Both the position numbers and the translations under genes were made by a program. Shown in pieces: positions 26,601 to 40,203 of a stretch of DNA of 64,000 nucleotides (positions within the stretch are counted from its first letter, which is position 1; every line of letters begins with the position of its first letter). The DNA lies in assembly GCA_025594325.1 (NCBI GenBank), contig JANHCV010000012.1:1-64000 (forward strand), in the 5' to 3' direction. This DNA is from Blastocladiella emersonii ATCC 22665 (Eukaryota > Fungi > Blastocladiomycota). Under the pieces are notes generated by a model that made no database searches, was not told the origin of the DNA, and saw only the letters and a list, made by a program, of their open reading frames with translations.

Positions 26601-29600
26601 TGGTCTCTTGGTCTCTTGGCGCTTGTGATGGAGGTCTATCTAACCCAGGCACGCACGGACACAGGCCCGCACGCCCACACGCACTCCCGCCAGGAGCATG
26701 TGGTGTGTGGGTCATCATCCACCATTCAGTTTGTAGTCCCTAGCACCCCTTGGCCCCAGCACTGTCTCCTTCCTGCAGGAGGAGCCCTGCCGCCTCAGCC
26801 CTCCGCAGCCAGCCCTCTGCAGCCCAGTGAAGCAGTACGGCTGCTACGCTGTTTGCAAGGTACGGTGGCCAGGGCGACGCAGGTGCTGTGGTGTTGCTTG
26901 CCACTTGGCTGGCGACAGGGGCTGGCGCACCCATTGCAAGGCGTTCTGACGGACCCCGCGGCCATGAAAGCATGGGGGCAGCACTGGACACGAGTCTATC
27001 AATCAACGGCACTGGGAGGGCAGGCAGGCGCACCCGTTGGAGCGAGCCGACCTGGATGATAAATCATTGTTGAGTTGAGGACGCCTTGCATGCCTGCCGT
27101 TCATGCGAGCGTGTGTGACACCAGGGTGGCCGTTTGCGCCGTGTGCGCACGGCGTGGAGCGCCAGGCGCTGTGCGCTGTGCGCGCTGCACGGTGCGTGGT
27201 GTACATCCGTCAGCGGGTGAGTGGTTTCACGCGGATAGACAGAGGAGCTGCTCGGAACCCTCGTTGGCCCATCATCATGCAGGGCTTGGAGTGGACAGCA
27301 GAGCTGGCAGCCTGGAGGAGACCAGTCGTATATTGACAAACCGAACCCCTCTCAGACTACATACGAGATAGATAATATCTACTGGGTGGGCGCTGTCAGT
27401 CAGGCTGTCAGTGTGGCAGGCTGCCAGGCTGCCAGGCTGCCAGGGCTCATCATTCATTCCTTTGTTGGCTGGGACGGCAACCAGAGAGCGCGGGCCCACA
27501 AAGACTTGCGAGGCGGTGTGGGTGTTCGGATAGCAGGTAGGCAAGTTGGCAGGTTGGCAGGTTGGCAGGCTGGCAGGTTGGCCGTTTACTTAGTTGATTG
27601 GACCGTGTACTTTGACGACGGGCTCCATACTTAGGGGATCGAAGAGTTGGCTAGTGGAGTGTGCACAAAGCGGTAGATTTGAATATCTGGCGCTTTGGTT
27701 CCTTGCCCACCTGGACGTGAGGGTATACGAAGATTTGATTGAGTATAGTTATGTTTGAGTACCATGACAATTATCAGCGTGGCGGGATTGATACATCCCG
27801 CTTGTCGGAAATTTTGTTGGTTCAATACTGTGATTTATCGGCCCTTGCCCACCTGGACATGGGGCACTCGAAGATTTGAGTATGGTTTCGTTTGAGTGCC
27901 ATGACAATTATCTGCGTGGCTGGTTTACGACATTTCTTTGGTCAGATATTGTGTTGCTGTGATACTGTGATTTATGGGTCCCTGGCTAGCTGGACAAGCG
28001 GGAAGTGAAAGATTTGAATATGGTTTTGTTTGAGTATCAAGACCATTACCTGCGTGGTCGGTTATGTAGACTCCTATGGTCAGATATTTTGTTGGTTTGA
28101 TACTGTGATTTATGGGTCTCCAACCTGCTGGACATCTGGGAAGTCATAGATTTGAGTATGGTTTTGTTTGAGTACCATGACAATTATCTCCGCAGCTTGT
28201 TTACTATGTTTCCATGGTCAGTTTTATTGTTGCTTTGAATTTACGATTTATGGGTCCTGAACAAGCTGGACATGTGAATAGTCAAAGACTTGACTATGGT
28301 TTTGTTTGAGTGCCATGACAATTACCTACGTGGCTTGTATACTCTATTTCCATGGTCAGATATTTGTTGGTTCGATATTACGATTTATGGGTCCTCAACC
28401 AGCTTGACATGCGGGAAAGCAAAGATTAGAATATGGTTTTGATTAAGTACCATGACAATCATCTGCGTGGCTGGTTTACTATATTTCCATGGTCAGATAT
28501 TTTGTTGGTTCGATACTGTGATGTATGGGTCCCTGGCCAGCTGGACACACGGTAAAGCAAAGACTTGAAGATGGTTTTGTTTGAGTACCATAACAATCAT
28601 GTACGAGGTTGGTTTACTATCTTTCTGTTGTCAAATATTTAGTTGCCGTGATACTGTGATTTATGGGTCCCTGGCTAGCAGGACAAGCGGGTAGTCAAAG
28701 ATTTGAATATGGTTTTGTTCGACTACCATGACAATTGTCTCCGTGGCTGGTTTGGTACGTCCCTATCATTGGTAAATTCATTGCGTGCATATTGTGATTC
28801 GTGGAGGGTCAATGTTGCTGCTACCTTGCCCGCATGCGCGCTGCGTCCGCCGACCCACCTAGGCCAGACAGGAAGGAAAGGGGACCCCAAGAGCCCCACG
28901 ACACCACTGTAGCTCCACTACCACCACAGCACCCACCAACACCACCTACAAACAAACACGACCCGCCAAGGCGCACGCAGCGACACCCGCAGCCATGCAT
29001 GCCATGGCGTTGGTGGATGGTGGCCAACCAATCCTCATCACACACGACACGTATGAAGGTCTGCCTGCATCCACCCATCCATTCATTCAACACACGCTCC
29101 CTCACGCACCCTTTCACTTGTGTTGCTTGACAGCCAGCTAGCCAGGTCCGGCTGCTGCTACCTATCCATTCTGCCTGCCTCCCACGCCCGCCGCGTCCTG
29201 AGCCAGGCAGGGCTGTGCTGCGATACACGGCCGCGGCCAGTCCACGGTAATGGTACCCATGCAGTACGTTCCATGGCCGCCCGGCCACCCTAGCTTGGTG
29301 CTTGTGTGTCCCCTTGGTCACCTTGGTCACCTTGGTCACCTTGGTCACCTTGGTCACTTGGTCACTTGGTCTCTTGGTCTCTTGGCGCTTGTGATGGAGG
29401 TCTATCTAACCCAGGCACGCACGGACACAGGCCCGCACGCCCACACGCACTCCCGCCAGGAGCATGTGGTGTGTGGGTCATCATCCACCATTCAGTTTGT
29501 AGTCCCTAGCACCCCTTGGCCCCAGCACTGTCTCCTTCCTGCAGGAGGAGCCCTGCCGCCTCAGCCCTCCGCAGCCAGCCCTCTGCAGCCCAGTGAAGCA

Positions 29601-32600
29601 GTACGGCTGCTACGCTGTTTGCAAGGTACGGTGGCCAGGGCGACGCAGGTGCTGTGGTGTTGCTTGCCACTTGGCTGGCGACAGGGGCTGGCGCACCCAT
29701 TGCAAGGCGTTCTGACGGACCCCGCGGCCATGAAAGCATGGGGGCAGCACTGGACACGAGTCTATCAATCAACGGCACTGGGAGGGCAGGCAGGCGCACC
29801 CGTTGGAGCGAGCCGACCTGGATGATAAATCATTGTTGAGTTGAGGACGCCTTGCATGCCTGCCGTTCATGCGAGCGTGTGTGACACCAGGGTGGCCGTT
29901 TGCGCCGTGTGCGCACGGCGTGGAGCGCCAGGCGCTGTGCGCTGTGCGCGCTGCACGGTGCGTGGTGTACATCCGTCAGCGGGTGAGTGGTTTCACGCGG
30001 ATAGACAGAGGAGCTGCTCGGAACCCTCGTTGGCCCATCATCATGCAGGGCTTGGAGTGGACAGCAGAGCTGGCAGCCTGGAGGAGACCAGTCGTATATT
30101 GACAAACCGAACCCCTCTCAGACTACATACGAGATAGATAATATCTACTGGGTGGGCGCTGTCAGTCAGGCTGTCAGTGTGGCAGGCTGCCAGGCTGCCA
30201 GGCTGCCAGGGCTCATCATTCATTCCTTTGTTGGCTGGGACGGCAACCAGAGAGCGCGGGCCCACAAAGACTTGCGAGGCGGTGTGGGTGTTCGGATAGC
30301 AGGTAGGCAAGTTGGCAGGTTGGCAGGTTGGCAGGCTGGCAGGTTGGCCGTTTACTTAGTTGATTGGACCGTGTACTTTGACGACGGGCTCCATACTTAG
30401 GGGATCGAAGAGTTGGCTAGTGGAGTGTGCACAAAGCGGTAGATTTGAATATCTGGCGCTTTGGTTCCTTGCCCACCTGGACGTGAGGGTATACGAAGAT
30501 TTGATTGAGTATAGTTATGTTTGAGTACCATGACAATTATCAGCGTGGCGGGATTGATACATCCCGCTTGTCGGAAATTTTGTTGGTTCAATACTGTGAT
30601 TTATCGGCCCTTGCCCACCTGGACATGGGGCACTCGAAGATTTGAGTATGGTTTCGTTTGAGTGCCATGACAATTATCTGCGTGGCTGGTTTACGACATT
30701 TCTTTGGTCAGATATTGTGTTGCTGTGATACTGTGATTTATGGGTCCCTGGCTAGCTGGACAAGCGGGAAGTGAAAGATTTGAATATGGTTTTGTTTGAG
30801 TATCAAGACCATTACCTGCGTGGTCGGTTATGTAGACTCCTATGGTCAGATATTTTGTTGGTTTGATACTGTGATTTATGGGTCTCCAACCTGCTGGACA
30901 TCTGGGAAGTCATAGATTTGAGTATGGTTTTGTTTGAGTACCATGACAATTATCTCCGCAGCTTGTTTACTATGTTTCCATGGTCAGTTTTATTGTTGCT
31001 TTGAATTTACGATTTATGGGTCCTGAACAAGCTGGACATGTGAATAGTCAAAGACTTGACTATGGTTTTGTTTGAGTGCCATGACAATTACCTACGTGGC
31101 TTGTATACTCTATTTCCATGGTCAGATATTTGTTGGTTCGATATTACGATTTATGGGTCCTCAACCAGCTTGACATGCGGGAAAGCAAAGATTAGAATAT
31201 GGTTTTGATTAAGTACCATGACAATCATCTGCGTGGCTGGTTTACTATATTTCCATGGTCAGATATTTTGTTGGTTCGATACTGTGATGTATGGGTCCCT
31301 GGCCAGCTGGACACACGGTAAAGCAAAGACTTGAAGATGGTTTTGTTTGAGTACCATAACAATCATGTACGAGGTTGGTTTACTATCTTTCTGTTGTCAA
31401 ATATTTAGTTGCCGTGATACTGTGATTTATGGGTCCCTGGCTAGCAGGACAAGCGGGTAGTCAAAGATTTGAATATGGTTTTGTTCGACTACCATGACAA
31501 TTGTCTCCGTGGCTGGTTTGGTACGTCCCTATCATTGGTAAATTCATTGCGTGCATATTGTGATTCGTGGAGGGTCAATGTTGCTGCTACCTTGCCCGCA
31601 TGCGCGCTGCGTCCGCCGACCCACCTAGGCCAGACAGGAAGGAAAGGGGACCCCAAGAGCCCCACGACACCACTGTAGCTCCACTACCACCACAGCACCC
31701 ACCAACACCACCTACAAACAAACACGACCCGCCAAGGCGCACGCAGCGACACCCGCAGCCATGCATGCCATGGCGTTGGTGGATGGTGGCCAACCAATCC
31801 TCATCACACACGACACGTATGAAGGTCTGCCTGCATCCACCCATCCATTCATTCAACACACGCTCCCTCACGCACCCTTTCACTTGTGTTGCTTGACAGC
31901 CAGCTAGCCAGGTCCGGCTGCTGCTACCTATCCATTCTGCCTGCCTCCCACGCCCGCCGCGTCCTGAGCCAGGCAGGGCTGTGCTGCGATACACGGCCGC
32001 GGCCAGTCCACGGTAATGGTACCCATGCAGTACGTTCCATGGCCGCCCGGCCACCCTAGCTTGGTGCTTGTGTGTCCCCTTGGTCACCTTGGTCACCTTG
32101 GTCACCTTGGTCACCTTGGTCACTTGGTCACTTGGTCTCTTGGTCTCTTGGCGCTTGTGATGGAGGTCTATCTAACCCAGGCACGCACGGACACAGGCCC
32201 GCACGCCCACACGCACTCCCGCCAGGAGCATGTGGTGTGTGGGTCATCATCCACCATTCAGTTTGTAGTCCCTAGCACCCCTTGGCCCCAGCACTGTCTC
32301 CTTCCTGCAGGAGGAGCCCTGCCGCCTCAGCCCTCCGCAGCCAGCCCTCTGCAGCCCAGTGAAGCAGTACGGCTGCTACGCTGTTTGCAAGGTACGGTGG
32401 CCAGGGCGACGCAGGTGCTGTGGTGTTGCTTGCCACTTGGCTGGCGACAGGGGCTGGCGCACCCATTGCAAGGCGTTCTGACGGACCCCGCGGCCATGAA
32501 AGCATGGGGGCAGCACTGGACACGAGTCTATCAATCAACGGCACTGGGAGGGCAGGCAGGCGCACCCGTTGGAGCGAGCCGACCTGGATGATAAATCATT

Positions 32601-35600
32601 GTTGAGTTGAGGACGCCTTGCATGCCTGCCGTTCATGCGAGCGTGTGTGACACCAGGGTGGCCGTTTGCGCCGTGTGCGCACGGCGTGGAGCGCCAGGCG
32701 CTGTGCGCTGTGCGCGCTGCACGGTGCGTGGTGTACATCCGTCAGCGGGTGAGTGGTTTCACGCGGATAGACAGAGGAGCTGCTCGGAACCCTCGTTGGC
32801 CCATCATCATGCAGGGCTTGGAGTGGACAGCAGAGCTGGCAGCCTGGAGGAGACCAGTCGTATATTGACAAACCGAACCCCTCTCAGACTACATACGAGA
32901 TAGATAATATCTACTGGGTGGGCGCTGTCAGTCAGGCTGTCAGTGTGGCAGGCTGCCAGGCTGCCAGGCTGCCAGGGCTCATCATTCATTCCTTTGTTGG
33001 CTGGGACGGCAACCAGAGAGCGCGGGCCCACAAAGACTTGCGAGGCGGTGTGGGTGTTCGGATAGCAGGTAGGCAAGTTGGCAGGTTGGCAGGTTGGCAG
33101 GCTGGCAGGTTGGCCGTTTACTTAGTTGATTGGACCGTGTACTTTGACGACGGGCTCCATACTTAGGGGATCGAAGAGTTGGCTAGTGGAGTGTGCACAA
33201 AGCGGTAGATTTGAATATCTGGCGCTTTGGTTCCTTGCCCACCTGGACGTGAGGGTATACGAAGATTTGATTGAGTATAGTTATGTTTGAGTACCATGAC
33301 AATTATCAGCGTGGCGGGATTGATACATCCCGCTTGTCGGAAATTTTGTTGGTTCAATACTGTGATTTATCGGCCCTTGCCCACCTGGACATGGGGCACT
33401 CGAAGATTTGAGTATGGTTTCGTTTGAGTGCCATGACAATTATCTGCGTGGCTGGTTTACGACATTTCTTTGGTCAGATATTGTGTTGCTGTGATACTGT
33501 GATTTATGGGTCCCTGGCTAGCTGGACAAGCGGGAAGTGAAAGATTTGAATATGGTTTTGTTTGAGTATCAAGACCATTACCTGCGTGGTCGGTTATGTA
33601 GACTCCTATGGTCAGATATTTTGTTGGTTTGATACTGTGATTTATGGGTCTCCAACCTGCTGGACATCTGGGAAGTCATAGATTTGAGTATGGTTTTGTT
33701 TGAGTACCATGACAATTATCTCCGCAGCTTGTTTACTATGTTTCCATGGTCAGTTTTATTGTTGCTTTGAATTTACGATTTATGGGTCCTGAACAAGCTG
33801 GACATGTGAATAGTCAAAGACTTGACTATGGTTTTGTTTGAGTGCCATGACAATTACCTACGTGGCTTGTATACTCTATTTCCATGGTCAGATATTTGTT
33901 GGTTCGATATTACGATTTATGGGTCCTCAACCAGCTTGACATGCGGGAAAGCAAAGATTAGAATATGGTTTTGATTAAGTACCATGACAATCATCTGCGT
34001 GGCTGGTTTACTATATTTCCATGGTCAGATATTTTGTTGGTTCGATACTGTGATGTATGGGTCCCTGGCCAGCTGGACACACGGTAAAGCAAAGACTTGA
34101 AGATGGTTTTGTTTGAGTACCATAACAATCATGTACGAGGTTGGTTTACTATCTTTCTGTTGTCAAATATTTAGTTGCCGTGATACTGTGATTTATGGGT
34201 CCCTGGCTAGCAGGACAAGCGGGTAGTCAAAGATTTGAATATGGTTTTGTTCGACTACCATGACAATTGTCTCCGTGGCTGGTTTGGTACGTCCCTATCA
34301 TTGGTAAATTCATTGCGTGCATATTGTGATTCGTGGAGGGTCAATGTTGCTGCTACCTTGCCCGCATGCGCGCTGCGTCCGCCGACCCACCTAGGCCAGA
34401 CAGGAAGGAAAGGGGACCCCAAGAGCCCCACGACACCACTGTAGCTCCACTACCACCACAGCACCCACCAACACCACCTACAAACAAACACGACCCGCCA
34501 AGGCGCACGCAGCGACACCCGCAGCCATGCATGCCATGGCGTTGGTGGATGGTGGCCAACCAATCCTCATCACACACGACACGTATGAAGGTCTGCCTGC
34601 ATCCACCCATCCATTCATTCAACACACGCTCCCTCACGCACCCTTTCACTTGTGTTGCTTGACAGCCAGCTAGCCAGGTCCGGCTGCTGCTACCTATCCA
34701 TTCTGCCTGCCTCCCACGCCCGCCGCGTCCTGAGCCAGGCAGGGCTGTGCTGCGATACACGGCCGCGGCCAGTCCACGGTAATGGTACCCATGCAGTACG
34801 TTCCATGGCCGCCCGGCCACCCTAGCTTGGTGCTTGTGTGTCCCCTTGGTCACCTTGGTCACCTTGGTCACCTTGGTCACCTTGGTCACTTGGTCACTTG
34901 GTCTCTTGGTCTCTTGGCGCTTGTGATGGAGGTCTATCTAACCCAGGCACGCACGGACACAGGCCCGCACGCCCACACGCACTCCCGCCAGGAGCATGTG
35001 GTGTGTGGGTCATCATCCACCATTCAGTTTGTAGTCCCTAGCACCCCTTGGCCCCAGCACTGTCTCCTTCCTGCAGGAGGAGCCCTGCCGCCTCAGCCCT
35101 CCGCAGCCAGCCCTCTGCAGCCCAGTGAAGCAGTACGGCTGCTACGCTGTTTGCAAGGTACGGTGGCCAGGGCGACGCAGGTGCTGTGGTGTTGCTTGCC
35201 ACTTGGCTGGCGACAGGGGCTGGCGCACCCATTGCAAGGCGTTCTGACGGACCCCGCGGCCATGAAAGCATGGGGGCAGCACTGGACACGAGTCTATCAA
35301 TCAACGGCACTGGGAGGGCAGGCAGGCGCACCCGTTGGAGCGAGCCGACCTGGATGATAAATCATTGTTGAGTTGAGGACGCCTTGCATGCCTGCCGTTC
35401 ATGCGAGCGTGTGTGACACCAGGGTGGCCGTTTGCGCCGTGTGCGCACGGCGTGGAGCGCCAGGCGCTGTGCGCTGTGCGCGCTGCACGGTGCGTGGTGT
35501 ACATCCGTCAGCGGGTGAGTGGTTTCACGCGGATAGACAGAGGAGCTGCTCGGAACCCTCGTTGGCCCATCATCATGCAGGGCTTGGAGTGGACAGCAGA

Positions 35601-38600
35601 GCTGGCAGCCTGGAGGAGACCAGTCGTATATTGACAAACCGAACCCCTCTCAGACTACATACGAGATAGATAATATCTACTGGGTGGGCGCTGTCAGTCA
35701 GGCTGTCAGTGTGGCAGGCTGCCAGGCTGCCAGGCTGCCAGGGCTCATCATTCATTCCTTTGTTGGCTGGGACGGCAACCAGAGAGCGCGGGCCCACAAA
35801 GACTTGCGAGGCGGTGTGGGTGTTCGGATAGCAGGTAGGCAAGTTGGCAGGTTGGCAGGTTGGCAGGCTGGCAGGTTGGCCGTTTACTTAGTTGATTGGA
35901 CCGTGTACTTTGACGACGGGCTCCATACTTAGGGGATCGAAGAGTTGGCTAGTGGAGTGTGCACAAAGCGGTAGATTTGAATATCTGGCGCTTTGGTTCC
36001 TTGCCCACCTGGACGTGAGGGTATACGAAGATTTGATTGAGTATAGTTATGTTTGAGTACCATGACAATTATCAGCGTGGCGGGATTGATACATCCCGCT
36101 TGTCGGAAATTTTGTTGGTTCAATACTGTGATTTATCGGCCCTTGCCCACCTGGACATGGGGCACTCGAAGATTTGAGTATGGTTTCGTTTGAGTGCCAT
36201 GACAATTATCTGCGTGGCTGGTTTACGACATTTCTTTGGTCAGATATTGTGTTGCTGTGATACTGTGATTTATGGGTCCCTGGCTAGCTGGACAAGCGGG
36301 AAGTGAAAGATTTGAATATGGTTTTGTTTGAGTATCAAGACCATTACCTGCGTGGTCGGTTATGTAGACTCCTATGGTCAGATATTTTGTTGGTTTGATA
36401 CTGTGATTTATGGGTCTCCAACCTGCTGGACATCTGGGAAGTCATAGATTTGAGTATGGTTTTGTTTGAGTACCATGACAATTATCTCCGCAGCTTGTTT
36501 ACTATGTTTCCATGGTCAGTTTTATTGTTGCTTTGAATTTACGATTTATGGGTCCTGAACAAGCTGGACATGTGAATAGTCAAAGACTTGACTATGGTTT
36601 TGTTTGAGTGCCATGACAATTACCTACGTGGCTTGTATACTCTATTTCCATGGTCAGATATTTGTTGGTTCGATATTACGATTTATGGGTCCTCAACCAG
36701 CTTGACATGCGGGAAAGCAAAGATTAGAATATGGTTTTGATTAAGTACCATGACAATCATCTGCGTGGCTGGTTTACTATATTTCCATGGTCAGATATTT
36801 TGTTGGTTCGATACTGTGATGTATGGGTCCCTGGCCAGCTGGACACACGGTAAAGCAAAGACTTGAAGATGGTTTTGTTTGAGTACCATAACAATCATGT
36901 ACGAGGTTGGTTTACTATCTTTCTGTTGTCAAATATTTAGTTGCCGTGATACTGTGATTTATGGGTCCCTGGCTAGCAGGACAAGCGGGTAGTCAAAGAT
37001 TTGAATATGGTTTTGTTCGACTACCATGACAATTGTCTCCGTGGCTGGTTTGGTACGTCCCTATCATTGGTAAATTCATTGCGTGCATATTGTGATTCGT
37101 GGAGGGTCAATGTTGCTGCTACCTTGCCCGCATGCGCGCTGCGTCCGCCGACCCACCTAGGCCAGACAGGAAGGAAAGGGGACCCCAAGAGCCCCACGAC
37201 ACCACTGTAGCTCCACTACCACCACAGCACCCACCAACACCACCTACAAACAAACACGACCCGCCAAGGCGCACGCAGCGACACCCGCAGCCATGCATGC
37301 CATGGCGTTGGTGGATGGTGGCCAACCAATCCTCATCACACACGACACGTATGAAGGTCTGCCTGCATCCACCCATCCATTCATTCAACACACGCTCCCT
37401 CACGCACCCTTTCACTTGTGTTGCTTGACAGCCAGCTAGCCAGGTCCGGCTGCTGCTACCTATCCATTCTGCCTGCCTCCCACGCCCGCCGCGTCCTGAG
37501 CCAGGCAGGGCTGTGCTGCGATACACGGCCGCGGCCAGTCCACGGTAATGGTACCCATGCAGTACGTTCCATGGCCGCCCGGCCACCCTAGCTTGGTGCT
37601 TGTGTGTCCCCTTGGTCACCTTGGTCACCTTGGTCACCTTGGTCACCTTGGTCACTTGGTCACTTGGTCTCTTGGTCTCTTGGCGCTTGTGATGGAGGTC
37701 TATCTAACCCAGGCACGCACGGACACAGGCCCGCACGCCCACACGCACTCCCGCCAGGAGCATGTGGTGTGTGGGTCATCATCCACCATTCAGTTTGTAG
37801 TCCCTAGCACCCCTTGGCCCCAGCACTGTCTCCTTCCTGCAGGAGGAGCCCTGCCGCCTCAGCCCTCCGCAGCCAGCCCTCTGCAGCCCAGTGAAGCAGT
37901 ACGGCTGCTACGCTGTTTGCAAGGTACGGTGGCCAGGGCGACGCAGGTGCTGTGGTGTTGCTTGCCACTTGGCTGGCGACAGGGGCTGGCGCACCCATTG
38001 CAAGGCGTTCTGACGGACCCCGCGGCCATGAAAGCATGGGGGCAGCACTGGACACGAGTCTATCAATCAACGGCACTGGGAGGGCAGGCAGGCGCACCCG
38101 TTGGAGCGAGCCGACCTGGATGATAAATCATTGTTGAGTTGAGGACGCCTTGCATGCCTGCCGTTCATGCGAGCGTGTGTGACACCAGGGTGGCCGTTTG
38201 CGCCGTGTGCGCACGGCGTGGAGCGCCAGGCGCTGTGCGCTGTGCGCGCTGCACGGTGCGTGGTGTACATCCGTCAGCGGGTGAGTGGTTTCACGCGGAT
38301 AGACAGAGGAGCTGCTCGGAACCCTCGTTGGCCCATCATCATGCAGGGCTTGGAGTGGACAGCAGAGCTGGCAGCCTGGAGGAGACCAGTCGTATATTGA
38401 CAAACCGAACCCCTCTCAGACTACATACGAGATAGATAATATCTACTGGGTGGGCGCTGTCAGTCAGGCTGTCAGTGTGGCAGGCTGCCAGGCTGCCAGG
38501 CTGCCAGGGCTCATCATTCATTCCTTTGTTGGCTGGGACGGCAACCAGAGAGCGCGGGCCCACAAAGACTTGCGAGGCGGTGTGGGTGTTCGGATAGCAG

Positions 38601-40076
38601 GTAGGCAAGTTGGCAGGTTGGCAGGTTGGCAGGCTGGCAGGTTGGCCGTTTACTTAGTTGATTGGACCGTGTACTTTGACGACGGGCTCCATACTTAGGG
38701 GATCGAAGAGTTGGCTAGTGGAGTGTGCACAAAGCGGTAGATTTGAATATCTGGCGCTTTGGTTCCTTGCCCACCTGGACGTGAGGGTATACGAAGATTT
38801 GATTGAGTATAGTTATGTTTGAGTACCATGACAATTATCAGCGTGGCGGGATTGATACATCCCGCTTGTCGGAAATTTTGTTGGTTCAATACTGTGATTT
38901 ATCGGCCCTTGCCCACCTGGACATGGGGCACTCGAAGATTTGAGTATGGTTTCGTTTGAGTGCCATGACAATTATCTGCGTGGCTGGTTTACGACATTTC
39001 TTTGGTCAGATATTGTGTTGCTGTGATACTGTGATTTATGGGTCCCTGGCTAGCTGGACAAGCGGGAAGTGAAAGATTTGAATATGGTTTTGTTTGAGTA
39101 TCAAGACCATTACCTGCGTGGTCGGTTATGTAGACTCCTATGGTCAGATATTTTGTTGGTTTGATACTGTGATTTATGGGTCTCCAACCTGCTGGACATC
39201 TGGGAAGTCATAGATTTGAGTATGGTTTTGTTTGAGTACCATGACAATTATCTCCGCAGCTTGTTTACTATGTTTCCATGGTCAGTTTTATTGTTGCTTT
39301 GAATTTACGATTTATGGGTCCTGAACAAGCTGGACATGTGAATAGTCAAAGACTTGACTATGGTTTTGTTTGAGTGCCATGACAATTACCTACGTGGCTT
39401 GTATACTCTATTTCCATGGTCAGATATTTGTTGGTTCGATATTACGATTTATGGGTCCTCAACCAGCTTGACATGCGGGAAAGCAAAGATTAGAATATGG
39501 TTTTGATTAAGTACCATGACAATCATCTGCGTGGCTGGTTTACTATATTTCCATGGTCAGATATTTTGTTGGTTCGATTCTGTGATTTATGGGTCCCTGG
39601 CCAGCTGGACATACGGGAAAGCAAAGACTTGAAGATGGTTTTGTTTGAGTACCATAACAATTATGTACGAGCTTGGTTTACTATCTTCCTGTTGTCAAAT
39701 ATTTAGTTGCTGTGATACTGTGATATTTTTTTGGAACCTTTGATATATTCCTTAACAGCGGTTGTAACCTGCAAGCAGAGTATCCACTGTACGACAGGCG
39801 CCGGCCTTTTCTGGCAGAGCTGCAATGCAGCAAGGCCTGGACCACGCACGTCGAGGAGCAAAGGGGAAGAAGTGAGGGAGGGAGGGCAGATAGGACAAAC
39901 GGACGGAGCAAAGCAGACCAGTAGCGTCAAACGAGCAGTAGCGAGAGAGGGAGCGAATGAACAATAATCGAGACCGAGCAGGGCGACATGCTGGGCTGGC
40001 CAGCGAGAGAGCGAGGGCACGCCGGAAAGCCAGTAGCAGTACTGTGGCTTTGGCGGTGGCCCGAGAGGAATGTCAG

Positions 40077-40142
40077 TTTTTCTTTTTCTTCTCCTGTTTT
40101 GTCTTTTCTTTTCTTTTCTTTTTTTTTCGTTTCTTTTCTTTT
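40077..40142 (-). repeat. A-rich tract, (AAAAG)n-like on the element sense strand; candidate retrotransposon tail
   Basis: Plus strand reads tttttctttttcttctcctgttttgtcttttcttttcttttctttttttttcgtttcttttcttttg, about 60 nt downstream of the element stop at 40204. Confidence 0.7.
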
Positions 40143-40203
40143 GTGTCAATCCATGCACCGATGGGCATGATTCAGCGACGACCACGCGGTTCCTTCGGAC
40201 TTG

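Larger units (their letters stand above)
1..39724. repeat. Head-to-tail macrosatellite / higher-order repeat array, 2766-bp unit, 14 full copies plus 976-bp partial; continues beyond the left edge
   Basis: The unit start (g/a)tctggcgctttggttcc recurs at 1, 2767, 5533, 8299, 11089, 13855, 16621, 19387, 22153, 24919, 27685, 30451, 33217, 35983 and 38749. The ORF track repeats with the same period. Unit 4 is 2790 bp because of a 24-bp microsatellite expansion. Array homology stops at ...gatactgtgat (39724). Confidence 0.99.

Noticed and set aside
1019-38889. About 14 short ORFs per unit in the ORF track (60-191 aa)
   Set aside because: They overlap in all frames, have low complexity driven by microsatellites, show no recognisable motifs or codon bias, and recur only because the DNA is repeated.
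39995-40020. AGAGAGCG(A/C)GGGC similarity between the element trailer and the unit GC block (about 2565)
   Set aside because: A 13-bp match with one mismatch is too short to claim that the unit derives from the element.
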